The notes beneath the pieces are model-generated. The model was not told the DNA's origin, did no database searches, and saw nothing but the letters and a program-made list of their open reading frames with translations. The position numbers and the translations under genes are program-made. A stretch of 63,237 nt of DNA, the filler included, from Conidiobolus incongruus B7586 (lineage: Eukaryota), in the NCBI GenBank assembly GCA_000697335.1. It is 42 parts of 42 records of this genome, joined end to end, with 100 filler letters (N's around TTAATTAATTAA, not from the genome) between each part and the next. Parts side by side here need not be neighbours in the genome. Positions count along the whole stretch, not along the records: positions 27,103 to 28,378 come from JNEM01000951.1; positions 28,479 to 30,186 come from JNEM01000952.1; positions 30,287 to 31,573 come from JNEM01000953.1; positions 31,674 to 32,946 come from JNEM01000954.1; positions 33,047 to 34,196 come from JNEM01000955.1; positions 34,297 to 35,663 come from JNEM01000956.1; positions 35,764 to 37,039 come from JNEM01000957.1; positions 37,140 to 38,422 come from JNEM01000958.1; 34 more parts are not named here. One strand, 5' to 3'. Shown in pieces: positions 27,103-40,308 of this stretch. How positions within the stretch are numbered: the stretch's first letter is position 1; each line of letters opens with the position of its first letter.

Positions 27103-28378
27103 TATTAATATTAACATAAAATTAAAAAAATGGGAAATTTTTTAATTTCTGATTTTTTAAATATATTATTAATTTCAAATAAAAAATATATACAAAACAA
27201 ATAAGAAAATAAATAACTTTGAATTATAAATATATATATTTTTCACTAAAAAATAATTTTTTAAAATTAATTATTTAATTTAATTATACTTAAATTAAAA
27301 AATAACTATTAAAAATTTTTTATTATAGTATCAGTAAAACTTAACCATAAATCCTCTAAAACCATTTAAAATTTACAATCAGCTTTTAATAATAGAGTAT
27401 TATCTAAATTAATAATTTATTATTAAGTAAATTACTTTAAGGTTAAAATAAAAATTATCTAAAACCTAATAAAATTTAAAAGACTAATTTCAATTATTAT
27501 TTTTTTAATTATTAATAAAGTGAGAAGATATATTGAAAAATACCATTTTATCTTAGCTAGAGAATTATCAAGACATTTTAATATTAGTTACATAAGTATT
27601 TTTTATATATTAAAGTTTAAGTTAAAATTAAGCAATAAAAGTATAAAATAGGTACCTTATAATTTAACTAAAGCTTAAAAAAAACTAGAGTAACTATTAT
27701 TAAATTAAACTTACTAAGGTATAGTTAAAAACTAAGGCTTTTATAATAAATTATTATAATTGATAAATCATGGGTTTTTTTGTATAATTTTTTACTAAAA
27801 CATAAATTAAAGTGTGGGATTAAATTAAGTCAACCCCCTTTATAAATTCCTTCAAATAAAAAATTTATTAATAAGCAAACATTAATTATTATAATAAATT
27901 ATAATAAAATATGCTATTTTTATTTAGTTTTTAATGAAAAATCAATTAATAGTAAACTTTATATTTCTTTTTTATATAAAACTATTTCAAATTAGTATTC
28001 TTAATATAATGAAAGAAAATCTATTATTTTGTATAATAATGATAAAATACATAAGTTTAAAGCAATAAAAAACTTTTTAATTAAAAATAACTAGAAAAAA
28101 CTACTATATCATATATATTCTTTAAATTATAACCTATGTGATTATTATTATTTTAGGTAATTAAAAACCTAGCTTATAGGAAAAAAAATTTCTATAGGAA
28201 AATTTTATTAGTTTATAAAATATCAAATTTTAGTCTTTAATAAAAACAATTATTTTTTAAGTATTAGATCTTTACCAAAAATATAGCAAAAAATTATTAA
28301 AATTAAAGGAAATTATTAAATTTATATTATATATTTATTTTTACTTTTAATATATTAAAATATTTATTTTTTTCAATC
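27103..28378 (+). mobile_element. Degenerate mariner (DD34D)
   Basis: K*VPYNLTKA (WVPHNL); IDKSWV; YNLCDY. Confidence 0.92.
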
Positions 28379-29781
28379 NNNNNNNNNNNNNNNNNNNNNN
28401 NNNNNNNNNNNNNNNNNNNNNNTTAATTAATTAANNNNNNNNNNNNNNNNNNNNNNNNNNNNNNNNNNNNNNNNNNNNAATCAATTTTTTAATAAAATCA
28501 TTATATATATCAGTAATTATAAATATTTTTCCAAAATTGAATTTTTTTAATATCTAACTTTTTTAAATAAATATTAAGATTTATTTAAATTAATAAAAAC
28601 TAATATAATAATATATAACTATTATTTATATCTAATAATATTTTTTGAAATAATATTTATTTTGAAATTTAAAAACAAATATGAATTTCTTAGCTAAAGT
28701 ATTCTTATTATATTCTGATAATTAATTAAATATCAAAATTAATTATTTTATTATAAGAATTATTGAAATTTATATGGTTTTTTAATAATTATTTAGTTTT
28801 TAGTTTGATCGTATATTACCCATCATTTTAATATTTTGAATCATTTAAATTTATCCTAAGAACTAGTTATTTACCATAAAAATAAAATTTAAGAATTAAG
28901 CTAGTTTTTTTAAACCTCATAAGCAATATTTAAAATATTATTCATTTTATCTGTATCGATTTAATTAGATATTAGTTTAAGATAGCATAAATAAGATAAG
29001 TGTCTTATATTAAATTTTCTAGCTTTAAGTTATCTAAACTAGTTTGGGATGATAAACTTTAAGAGAGTTTTGCAACTAGTAATTACTTTGAGATTTTTTT
29101 TGAATGATTGGCTTAAAATATTTTGTATAATAAAATGTTTTGAATAATACTTTTTCTTTAATTTGAGTAAAATAATAATTTTTATAATTTTTAGTTATTT
29201 GGTTTTTTAAAATTATTATAAAAAATTTATAATCTATATAATTACTTTTTAAACCTATGGATAAATTTTAATTTAATTTATAACTTGTTTCTTTGAGAGA
29301 AAAATTGTAAATAAAAAAATAACATTTATTTAATTAATATGCTATTGTAATTTATATAATGATATACTGAACTAAATTATTTTTAATAATAATAAGATAT
29401 AAATCTATAAGTTTGTAATATTTGTTATAAAAATATATTAAATTTTTAATGGAAAAAGATATATAGATTTGGATATTAAAATGAACATTATAATTAATAA
29501 AATATATTCGTAATAATTATTGTATCATTTAATTTTCAAGTATCGATTCAATTTTGTGATAAAGATATAAAGCAATATATTAAATATGGTATTTTTAAAT
29601 ATATATTTAATATATTTTAAAAGGTTTAGACTATATTTATAAAAACTAATCAATAAAAATATAATAGTTGAAAATAATTGAAAATGTTAAAATTGTAATA
29701 TCAAAATATTTAAAATAATGAATATAAAATGAATTAAATGACATCAGTTTGAAAAAATTTAATAATTTTGAGATATAGGAG

Positions 29782-29851
29782 CTTTGATAAAGGGAATAAA
29801 ACTCTAGCTTTCTGAGTGAAAGGGAAAATCCAACCTCTGGACTATATCGGG
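29782..29851 (-). pseudogene. Degenerate tRNA-Glu(TTC)
   Basis: Minus strand CCCGATA-TA-GTCC-AGAGGTT-GGAT-TTTCC-CTTTCAC-TCAGA-AAGC-TAGAG-TTTTATT-CCCTT-TATCAAA-G. The acceptor stem, D-arm, Glu anticodon loop and T-arm are recognisable, but the stems and T-loop are broken. Confidence 0.75.
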
Positions 29852-30286
29852 TTATTCTAATACTATCAACATATATTTAATCACTATATTACATCTGGAT
29901 AATATTAATTTGTCCCAAAATATTTTCGAACATTGTTTATCTTTGTTTTATTCATATTACAAATATATTATATTTTTTAATTTATAAATTAAAAAATTTT
30001 TTAGCAATTTAATTATCAGTAAAAAAACTAAAATATATTTTATTATAGATGAAATAAATATTTTTAAAATAGTTAATAAACAAAATTAAATTTAAATTAT
30101 ATATATTAACTTGTTTTAATTTTTAAAAATTCCATAGTATATAAATGAATTTTTTTCAATTAAATAATTTATATAATAAACTAATTNNNNNNNNNNNNNN
30201 NNNNNNNNNNNNNNNNNNNNNNNNNNNNNNTTAATTAATTAANNNNNNNNNNNNNNNNNNNNNNNNNNNNNNNNNNNNNNNNNNNN

Positions 30287-31560
30287 AATTTTTTAATTTC
30301 TGATTTTTCAAATATATTATTATTTTTAAATAGAAAAATATATACAAAATAAATAAGAAAATAAATAGTTTTGAATTATATATATAATTATTTTTTGATT
30401 AAAAAATTTATTTTTTAAAATTGATTATTTAATTTAATCATGCTTAAATTAAATAATAACCATTAAAAGTTTTTTATTTTAGTATTAATAAAACTTAACC
30501 ACAAACCCTCTAAAATCATTTAAAATCTACAAGTAGCTTTTGATAATAAAGTATTATCTAAATTAATAATTTATCACTAGGTAAATTACTTTAAAGCTAA
30601 AAAAACTATCTAAATTTTTTTAAAATTTAAAAAACTAATTTCAACTATCACTCTTCTAATTATTAATAAAATAAAAAATTATATTGGAAAACACCTTTTT
30701 ATTTCAGTTAAAGAATTATCAAAATAATTTAATATTAGTCACATAAGTATTTTATTTATATTAAAGTTTAAATTAAAATTAATGAATAAAAATATAAAAT
30801 GGGTATTTTATAATTTAACTAAAACTTAATAAAAGTTAAAATAGCTATTGTTAAACAGAACTTACTAAGGTATAGCTAGAAACCAAACCTTTTATAATAA
30901 ATTATTATAATTGATGAATTTTAAATTCTTTTGTATAATCCTTTACTAAAACATAAATCAAGGTTTTAAATTAAGCCAAATTAACTCTTTTTATAAATTC
31001 TTTTAAATAAACACTTTGTTGATAAATCAATATTAATTATTATAATAGACTATAATAGCATATACTATTTATATTTAGTTTTTAAAAGAAAATCAATTAA
31101 TAGTAAACTTTATATTTTTTTAAATAAAACTATTTCTAAATAGTATTCCTAATATAATTTGAGTAAACTTATTATTTTGTATGATAATTATAAAATACAT
31201 AAATTCAAATTTATAAAAAACTTTTTAATTAAAAATAACTGGAAAAAACTATCATATCCAATATATTCTTTAAATTATAACCTATGTGATTATAATTGTT
31301 TTTGGTAATTAAAAAACCAGCTTGTAGGAAAAAAAATTTTTACAAAAAAATATAATTGATTTATAAAACATCAAATCTTAGTCTTCAATAAGAAGAACTA
31401 TTTTTAGATGTTAGATCTTTACCAAAAATATAGCAAAAAATTATTAAAAATAAAGGAAATTATTAATTTTATATTATATATCTATTTTTATTTTTTATAT
31501 ATTAAAATGTTTATTTTTTTCCAATTGCAAAATATTCCTATTATTTAAATTACAAAGTAA
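30287..31560 (+). mobile_element. Degenerate mariner (DD34D)
   Basis: ATGCTTAAA start, KWVFYNL, IDEF, LYDNY, WKKLSYPIYS, LCDYNCFG; 3' TIR followed by TA. Confidence 0.93.
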
Positions 31561-31733
31561 TATTTAATTATATNNNNNNNNNNNNNNNNNNNNNNNNNNN
31601 NNNNNNNNNNNNNNNNNTTAATTAATTAANNNNNNNNNNNNNNNNNNNNNNNNNNNNNNNNNNNNNNNNNNNNAAATAAAAAATTAAATTATATATCTTT
31701 AACTAATAAAATAATTTATAGAATTTTATAATA

Positions 31734-32946
31734 TTACTTTGTTATTTAGATAATAGGAATATTTTGTGATTGAAAAAAAATATATATTTTAATATATAAA
31801 AAGTAAAATAAATATATAATATAAAATTAATAATTTCTTTTATTTTTAATAACTTTTTGCTATACTTTTAGCAAAAATCTAATACCTAGAAAATAGTTCT
31901 TTTAATTAAAAATTGAAATTTAATATTTTATAAATTAATTAAATTTTTTTGCAAAAATTTTCTTTCCTATAAGTTAGTTTTTTAATTATCTAAAACAATT
32001 ATAATCATATAGATTATAATCTAAGGAATATACTAAATACAGTAGTTTTTTCTAGTTATTCTTAATTAGAAAGTTTTTTATAACTTTAGATTTATATATT
32101 TTGTAATTAATATGGAAAATAATAAGTTTTTTTAAATTATTTTGAGAATACTAATTTAAAATAATTTAATTTAAAAAAGAAATATAAAGTTTACTATTAA
32201 TTGATTTTCCTTTAAAAATTAAATAAAAATAGCATCTGCTATTATAATCTATTATAATAATTAACATTTATTTATCAACAAAGTGCTTATTTAAAGGAAT
32301 TTTTAGAAGGGGTTGATTTAATTTAATCCAACACTTTGATTTATATTTTAGTAAAGTATTATACAAAAGAACTTAAGATTTATCAATTACAATAATATGC
32401 TTTAAAAACTTTAGTTTTTAATTATACCTAAGTAAGTTTTGTTTAGCAATAGATACTCTAGTTTTTTTTAAATATTAGTTAAATTATTAAATACCTATTT
32501 TATATTTTTTTTGATTAATTTTAATTTAAACTTTAATATATATAAATTACTTAAGTGACTAATATTAAAATATCTTAATAATTCTTTAATTGAAATAAAA
32601 AGTTTCTTTGTAATATAATTTTTTATTTTATTAATATTTAAAAAAATAATAATTAATATTAGTCTTTTAAATTTCAATAGGTTTTGTGTAGTTTCTTTCT
32701 TAATCTTAAAATAATTTATCTAATAATAAATTATTAATTTAAAAAATACTTTATTACTAAAAGCTACTTATAAATTTTAAATGGTTTTAAAGGGTTTAAA
32801 ATTAAATTTTACTGATATTAAAATAAAAGACTTTTGATGATAATTATTTAATTTAAGCATAATTAAATTAAATAACTAATTTTAATAAATTATTTTTTTA
32901 ATTAAAAAAATTATTATATATATATATATATATTTCAAAATTATTT
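31734..32946 (-). mobile_element. Degenerate mariner (DD34D)
   Basis: 3' TIR after TA; the supplied ORF 32495-32677 is an in-frame remnant of its second HTH region. Confidence 0.92.
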
Positions 32947-33046
32947 NNNNNNNNNNNNNNNNNNNNNNNNNNNNNNNNNNNNNNNNNNNNTTAATTAATT
33001 AANNNNNNNNNNNNNNNNNNNNNNNNNNNNNNNNNNNNNNNNNNNN

Positions 33047-34196
33047 TATATATATATATATATAATAATTTTTTAAAATGAATTGTTTAATTTAATTATA
33101 TTTAAACTAAATAATAACTATCAAAAGTTTTTTATTTTAGTATCTCTAAAACTTAACCATAAATCCTTTAAAATCATTTAAAATTTATAAACAACTTTTA
33201 ATAATAAAGTATTATCTAAATTAACAATTTATTACTAGGTAAATTACTTTAAAACTAGGAGAGAAATTACCTAAAACTTATTAAAATCTAAAAAACTAAT
33301 TTCAACTATTAATTCTTTAATTATTAATAAAGTAAAAAATTATATTGAAAAACACCATTTTATTTTAATTAGAGAATTATCAAAATAGTTTAATATTACT
33401 TATATTAGTATTTTATATATATCAAAGTTCAAATTAAAATTAATTAATAAAAATATAATATGGGTATCTTATAATTTAACTAAAGCTTTAAAAAAGCTAA
33501 AATAGCTATTATTAAATAGAGCTTACTAAAGTATAGTTAGGAACCAAGGTTTTTACAATAAATTATTATAATTAATGAATTTTAAACTCTTTTGTATAAT
33601 CTTTTGCTAAAACATAAATCAAGTTATTAGATTAAACTAAATCAACCCTTTCTATAAATTCCTTTAAATAAATATTATTAATAAATAAATGTTAATTATT
33701 GTAATAGATTATAATAGTATATGTTATTCTTATTTAGTTCTTAAAAGAAAATCAATTAATAATAAAATTTATATTTCTTTTTGAAATAAAATTATTTCTA
33801 ATTGGTATTTTTAATATAATTTAAGAAAACCTATTTTTTTATATAATAATTATAAAATATATAATTTAAAATTTATAAAAAACTTTTTAATTACAAATAA
33901 CTAGAAAAAACTACCATATCTAGTATATTCTTTAGATTATAACCTATATGATTATAATTGCTTTAGGTAATTAAAAAACCAGCTTATAAAAAAGAAAATT
34001 TCTCTAAAAAAATTTAATTGGTTTGTGAAATATCAAATTTTAGTCTTTAATAAAAAAAATTATTTTTTAAATATTAAATCTTTATTAAATATATAGAAAA
34101 AAGTTATTAGAGATAACAGAAATTGTTAATTTAATATTATATTTTTATTTTTATTTTTATTTTTTATATATTAAAATATTTATTTTTTTCATTTAT
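33047..34196 (+). mobile_element. Degenerate mariner (DD34D), TIRs outside the contig
   Basis: WVSYNLTKA; colinear with the family. Confidence 0.92.
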
Positions 34197-34296
34197 NNNN
34201 NNNNNNNNNNNNNNNNNNNNNNNNNNNNNNNNNNNNNNNNTTAATTAATTAANNNNNNNNNNNNNNNNNNNNNNNNNNNNNNNNNNNNNNNNNNNN

Positions 34297-35663
34297 TTAA
34301 TTAATTCTAATTTAAATAACTTTCATTAAACTATGTAATATCTATATATTTTTTATTTATAGTATAATATATAAAGTTAAATTTAATTAATTATTAATTG
34401 ATATATTAAAACTAAAAATATATTTAAAATAAGTCATGAAATTGTAAGTTTTAGTATTAATAGAAAAATTAATATCTAGTATATCTATCTTTTGCTTTTC
34501 TGACTTCTTTAAGTTTATAAAGCATAAAGTCAACTAGTTTCTTATATTAGGTAAAACTAATATTAATCCAAGTTTCTTGAATATATTCTTAAAGTTAATT
34601 TAAATTTTTTATTAAAAAGAAAGCTTTAATTAATTATTCTAGTTGATCCTAAAGATATTCAATTGGGTTAAGATTAAAAGGTTAAGTAGGCTATTTCATA
34701 ATAATTATTTTGTTATTTATAAGCCATTTAATAATAGAATTTATAATATGGCAAGAGGTATTATCTTGTTGGAAAATAATATTTGATTTATTTAACTCAT
34801 ACTATTTAATAGTTTTTTTCAATTCATTATTAAAAATATTTTGATATATCTAAGTATTAATTCCCTTATCAATTTTATACAAATATCTTATAACTAAAGA
34901 TAATATATATCTTTAAATTATAATTAACCTATCATTGTATTTTTGGGTTATAATAATATAATGGTCATAAAGTAATTTTTTATCTTTTTTGAAATATCTA
35001 GCTTTTCTATTAAATTTATTAAAATATATCTTTGTTTTATCAAACTAAATAACTTTATTCTAATTAATTTTAATATTGTTTTAATATTAATATTTAAGCT
35101 CTTGCCTAGCTTTATAATAAGACTTTTTTAATTAAGGGTGTTTTTTATTAAGATATAAATGATATTTATTCTAATATAAAATATATATAATAATATTAGT
35201 ATTAATTAATATTCTTGTAGTCTTGTAATTCTTCTTATATTTTTATATTAATATTATATTTACATATATTAACTAATTTACAATTATATTTTCATCATGC
35301 TTATTTATAATTATAATAAACTTAAGTTTTAATTTAAGTGTTTTTTAACATTATTATTAATAACCTTAATAATAATAGATTAGCTAGCACTAATAATTAT
35401 AATAATCTCACAAGTTGATTTATTTTCATTATCAAGTTGATTAATAAATAAATAAACTATTTTAGATAGAGTTTTAAGCATTATAATATTAATTTTAAGA
35501 TATTAGCTTAATAGTTTTATAATATATATAATATAACAAAAGAAATAAAAGATATATATAAATTTTGTTATTTATACCCTTTAACTTATAAACCCATAAA
35601 TTTATAACTTATTTTAGTTAAATTTTGGTTTTGATATATTAACCAATACGTAATATAATATTA
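34297..35663 (-). mobile_element. Degenerate Tc1 (DD34E)
   Basis: Minus strand retains FQQDNTSCH and LNPIEYL*DQ, including the catalytic E. Confidence 0.94.
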
Positions 35664-35763
35664 NNNNNNNNNNNNNNNNNNNNNNNNNNNNNNNNNNNNN
35701 NNNNNNNTTAATTAATTAANNNNNNNNNNNNNNNNNNNNNNNNNNNNNNNNNNNNNNNNNNNN

Positions 35764-37039
35764 ATTTTTTATAATTAAATAAAAATTTTAATAAATAAAA
35801 AGTAAAAGTAAATATATAATATAAAATTAATAATTTCCTTAATTTTTAATAACTTTTTGCTATACTTTTAGCAAAAATTAAATACTTAAAAATAGTTCTT
35901 TTTATTAAAGACTGAAATTTAATATTTTATAAACCAATTAAATTTTCCTGTAGAAATTTTCTTTCTTATAAGCTAGTTTTTTAATTACATAAAACAATTA
36001 TAATCACATAGGTTATAATCTAAAGAATATACTAGATATGGTAGTTTTTTCCAGTTATTTTAATTAATAAAATTTTTATATCTTTAGATATATGTATTTT
36101 ATAATTATTATTCAAAATAATAGGTTTTTTTAAATTATATTAAGAAAACTAATATAAAATAGTTTTATTTAAAAAAGAAATATAAAGTTTGTTATTAATT
36201 GATTTTCCTTTAATCACTAAATAAGAGTAGCATATGCTATTATAATCTATTGTAATAATTAATATTCATTAATCAACAAAGTACTTATTTAAAGGAATTT
36301 GTAAAAAGGGTTGATTTAGCTTAATCCAATACTTTGATTTATGTTTTAGTTAAAAATTATACAAAAGAAATTAGGATTTATCAATTATAATATTTTATTA
36401 TAAAAGCCTTGGTTTTTAGTTATACTTTAGTAAGTTTTGTCTAATAATAGCTACTCTAGCTTTTTTTAAACATTAGTTAAATTATAAGGTACTTATTTTG
36501 TATTTTTATTAATTAATTTTAATTTAAACTTATATATATATATATATATATTATATAACTAATATTAAAATACCTTGATAATTCTTTTGCTGAAATAAAA
36601 AGATACTTTATAACATATTTTCTTACTTTATTAAATATTAAAAAAGTAAAAATTGAAATTAGTTTTTTAAATTTTGATAGGTTTTAGGAAATTTCATTTT
36701 TAACCTTAAAATAATTTAGCTAATAATAAATTATTAATTTAGATAATACTTTATTATTAAAAGCTACTTATAAATTTTAAATGACTTTAAAGGGTTTATG
36801 GTTAAGTTTTAATAATATCAAAATAAAAAACTTTTGATAGTTATTATTTGGTTTAAGTATAATTAAATTAAATAACCAATTTTAAATAATTAATTTTTTA
36901 ATCAAAAAAATAATATATATAAATATATATATATGATTTAAAACTATTTATTTTCTTATTTGTTTTGTATATATTTTTTATTAGAAATTAATAATATCTT
37001 TGAAATATCAGAAATTAAAGAATTTCCCATTTTTTTAAT
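35764..37039 (-). mobile_element. Degenerate mariner (DD34D)
   Basis: Colinear with the family; WKKLPYL and DYNLCDY; internal (TA)n expansion near 36531-36551. Confidence 0.92.
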
Positions 37040-37139
37040 NNNNNNNNNNNNNNNNNNNNNNNNNNNNNNNNNNNNNNNNNNNNTTAATTAATTAANNNNN
37101 NNNNNNNNNNNNNNNNNNNNNNNNNNNNNNNNNNNNNNN

Positions 37140-38399
37140 TTCAAACATATTATTAGTTTGAAATATATAAATATATACAAAGTTAATAAGAAATTAAATA
37201 TTCTTAATATATATATAACAATTTTTTTGATTAAAAAATTAATTTTTTAATATTATTAATTTAATTTAATTTAATTATATTTATAATAAATAATAATCAT
37301 CAAAAGTTTTTTATTTTAGTATTAATAAAGCCTAATCATAAACTCTCTAAAATTATTTAAAATTTAAAAGAGGTTTTTAATAATGAAGTATTATTTAAAC
37401 CAACAATTTGTCATTAAGTAAATTACTTTAAGGTTAAAAAAGAAATTATTTAAAACCTGTTAAAATCTAAAAAATTAATTTTAACTATTACTCATTTAAT
37501 TATTAATAGAGTGAAAAAATATATCAAAAAGCACCTTTTTATTTCAGCTAAAGAATTATCTAAGCACTTTAATATCAGTTTTATAAATATTTTATAAATA
37601 TTAAAGTTTAAACTCAAATTAATAAATAAAAATATAAAATGGGTGCTTTATAATTTCACCAAAGCTTAAAAAAAGCTAGAATAGTTATTACTAAACAAAA
37701 CTAATTAAAATATTAATAGAATCTTAAACTTTAATAATGAATGGTTATAATTGATTAATCTTAAATCTTTATTTATTATCTTTTATTAAAACACAAATTA
37801 AGGTGTTAAATTAAGCTAAATCAACCCCCTTTATAAATCCCTTTAAATAAATATTTTATTAATAAGGAAATATTAATTATTATAATAGATTATAATAGTA
37901 TATGCTAATTTTATTTAGTTCTTGAAGGAAAATTAATTACTAATAGACTTTATATTACTTTTTTAAATAAAAGTATTTATAATTAGTGTTGCTAATATAA
38001 TTTGAGAAGACTTAATATTTTATATGATAATTATAAAATATATAAACCTAAAGTTATAAAAAACTTTCTAATGAAAAATAACTAAAAAAAATACTATATC
38101 TAGTATATTTTTTATATTATAACTTATGTGATTATAATTTTTTAAAGTAATTAAAAAACCAGCTTGTAAAGAAAATTTCTCTAAGAAAATTTAATTAATT
38201 TACAAAATATCAAATTTTAGTCTTTTATAAAAAAACTATTTTTTAAGTGATAGATCTTTATTAAAAATACAGCAAATAAGTTATTAATTATAAATAAATT
38301 ATTTAATTTATAATATATATTTATTGTTATATATTATATAATAAAATATTTATTTATTTTTAATTTCAAGGAATTATAATTATTAAAAATATAAAATAA
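37140..38399 (+). mobile_element. Degenerate mariner (DD34D)
   Basis: KWVLYNFTKA; LYDNY; LCDY. Confidence 0.92.
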
Positions 38400-38639
38400 A
38401 AATTAATTTAATATAGTTAAAGNNNNNNNNNNNNNNNNNNNNNNNNNNNNNNNNNNNNNNNNNNNNTTAATTAATTAANNNNNNNNNNNNNNNNNNNNNN
38501 NNNNNNNNNNNNNNNNNNNNNNAATATATAAAAATAAAAACCTTTATATTTATTTTATTAATATAATCAGATCTTAATTAAATTAATTTTAATTAAATTA
38601 TATAAAAGAATATATTAAATAAAATTAAATTATTTATTA

Positions 38640-39951
38640 ATACTCTGTATTTTTAATAATGGGAATTTTTTGCAATTAAAAATAAATAAATATTTTAATA
38701 TATAATATATAAAAATAAATATATAATATAATTTTAATAGTTTCTTTTATTATTAATAAATTTTTGCTATACTTTTAGCAAGGATCTATCACCTAAAAAA
38801 CAGTTCTCTTTATTAAAGACTAAAATTTGATGTTTTACAAATTAATTAAATTTTCTTACAAAAATTTTCTTTCCTATAAGCTAGTTTTTTAATTACCTAA
38901 AACAATTATAATCATATAGGTTATAATCTAAAGAGTATATTAGATATGATAGTTCTTTCTAGTTATTTTTAATTAATAAGTTTTTTACAGCTTTAGATTT
39001 ATATATTTTATAATTATTATGCAAAATAATAGGTTTTCTCAAAATATATTAAGAACACCAATTAAAAATACTTTTATTTAAAAATACAATAAAAAGTTTA
39101 CTATAAATTGATTTTCTTTCAGGAACTAAATAAGAGTAGCATATACTATTATAATCTATTGTAATAATTAACATTTGCTTATTAACAAAATGTTTATTTA
39201 AAGGGATTTATAGAGAAGGTTGATTTAGCTTAATCTAGCATCTTGATTTGTGTTTTAGGAAAGGATTATATATAGGGATCTAAGATTCATTAATTGCAAT
39301 TATTTTTTATAAAAGTTTAAGATTCTAGTAATATTTAAGTAAGATTTATTTAGCAATAATTACTCTAGCTTTTTTCTAAGCTTTACTTAAATTATAAAAT
39401 ACCTATTTTATATTTTTATTTATTAATTTAAGTTTAAACTTTAATATATATAAATTACTTATAAAACTAATATTAAAGTGCTTAGATAATTCTCTTGCTG
39501 AAATAAAAAGGTACTTTTCAATATATTTTTTCACTCTATTAATAATTAAAAGAGTAATAGTTAAAGTTAGTCTTTTAAATTTTGATTGGTTTTAGATAGT
39601 TTCTCTCCTAGCCTTAAAATAATTTACCTAGCAATAAATTGTTGACTTAGATAATACTTTATTACCAAAAGCTGCTTGTAAATTTTAAATAATTTTAGAG
39701 GGTTTATGGTTAAGTTTTATTGATATTAAAATAAAAGACCTTTGATGATTACTATTTGGTTTAAGCATGATTAAATTATATAAGCAATTTCAAAAAGTTA
39801 ATTTTTTAATCAAATAAATTATTATATATATATATATATTAAATATATATAATTTCCTATTAAATTTGTATATATTTATTGATTTAAAACTAATAATATG
39901 TTTGAAAAATCAAAAATTAAAAAATTTCCCATTACTTCATATTCAAGGTAA
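38640..39951 (-). mobile_element. Full-length degenerate mariner (DD34D), 1312 bp, TA-flanked
   Basis: Imperfect ~30-bp TIRs ATACTCTGTATTTTTAATAATGGGAATTTT and (reverse) TTACCTTGAATATGAAGTAATGGGAAATTTT; TA on both sides. Confidence 0.95.
38734..39768 (-). pseudogene. Mariner DD34D transposase pseudogene (~345 codons)
   Basis: MLKPNSNHQRSF...LQAAFGNKVLSKSTIYC*VNYFKARRE (AFGDEALS..TIYRW...FK.GR); IAINES*I; ILHNN then 34 residues to the third D in YSLDYNLYD; ends ...NY*. Confidence 0.93.
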
Positions 39952-40129
39952 TAATTAAATAATTAAAAATATATTTTTAATTCAGATAAATTAAAAATTA
40001 TAAAAAATCAAACTAAGTTATATTTTTTGTAATTTTTAAAAAATAAATATATTATTAGTAAATGTCTATTAAACTGTCTTATAATAGCTAATATAATTAT
40101 ATTTAAATTATTTTCGAGAAATTTATTTT

Positions 40130-40208
40130 AATATTAATCACTTATATAATAGAAATAAATTAACTTATAAGATTATTAAAGATTCTAATATTAGTTAGTT
40201 TATTATAA
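40130..40208 (+). mobile_element. Short Tc1 N-terminal coding fragment
   Basis: Matches AATAAATCAACTTATAAGATT of the Tc1 copies. Confidence 0.6.
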
Positions 40209-40308
40209 NNNNNNNNNNNNNNNNNNNNNNNNNNNNNNNNNNNNNNNNNNNNTTAATTAATTAANNNNNNNNNNNNNNNNNNNNNNNNNNNNNNNNNNNN
40301 NNNNNNNN

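Noticed and set aside
32495..32677. 60-aa ORF
   Set aside because: Stop-free stretch of a mutated mariner transposase, not a gene.
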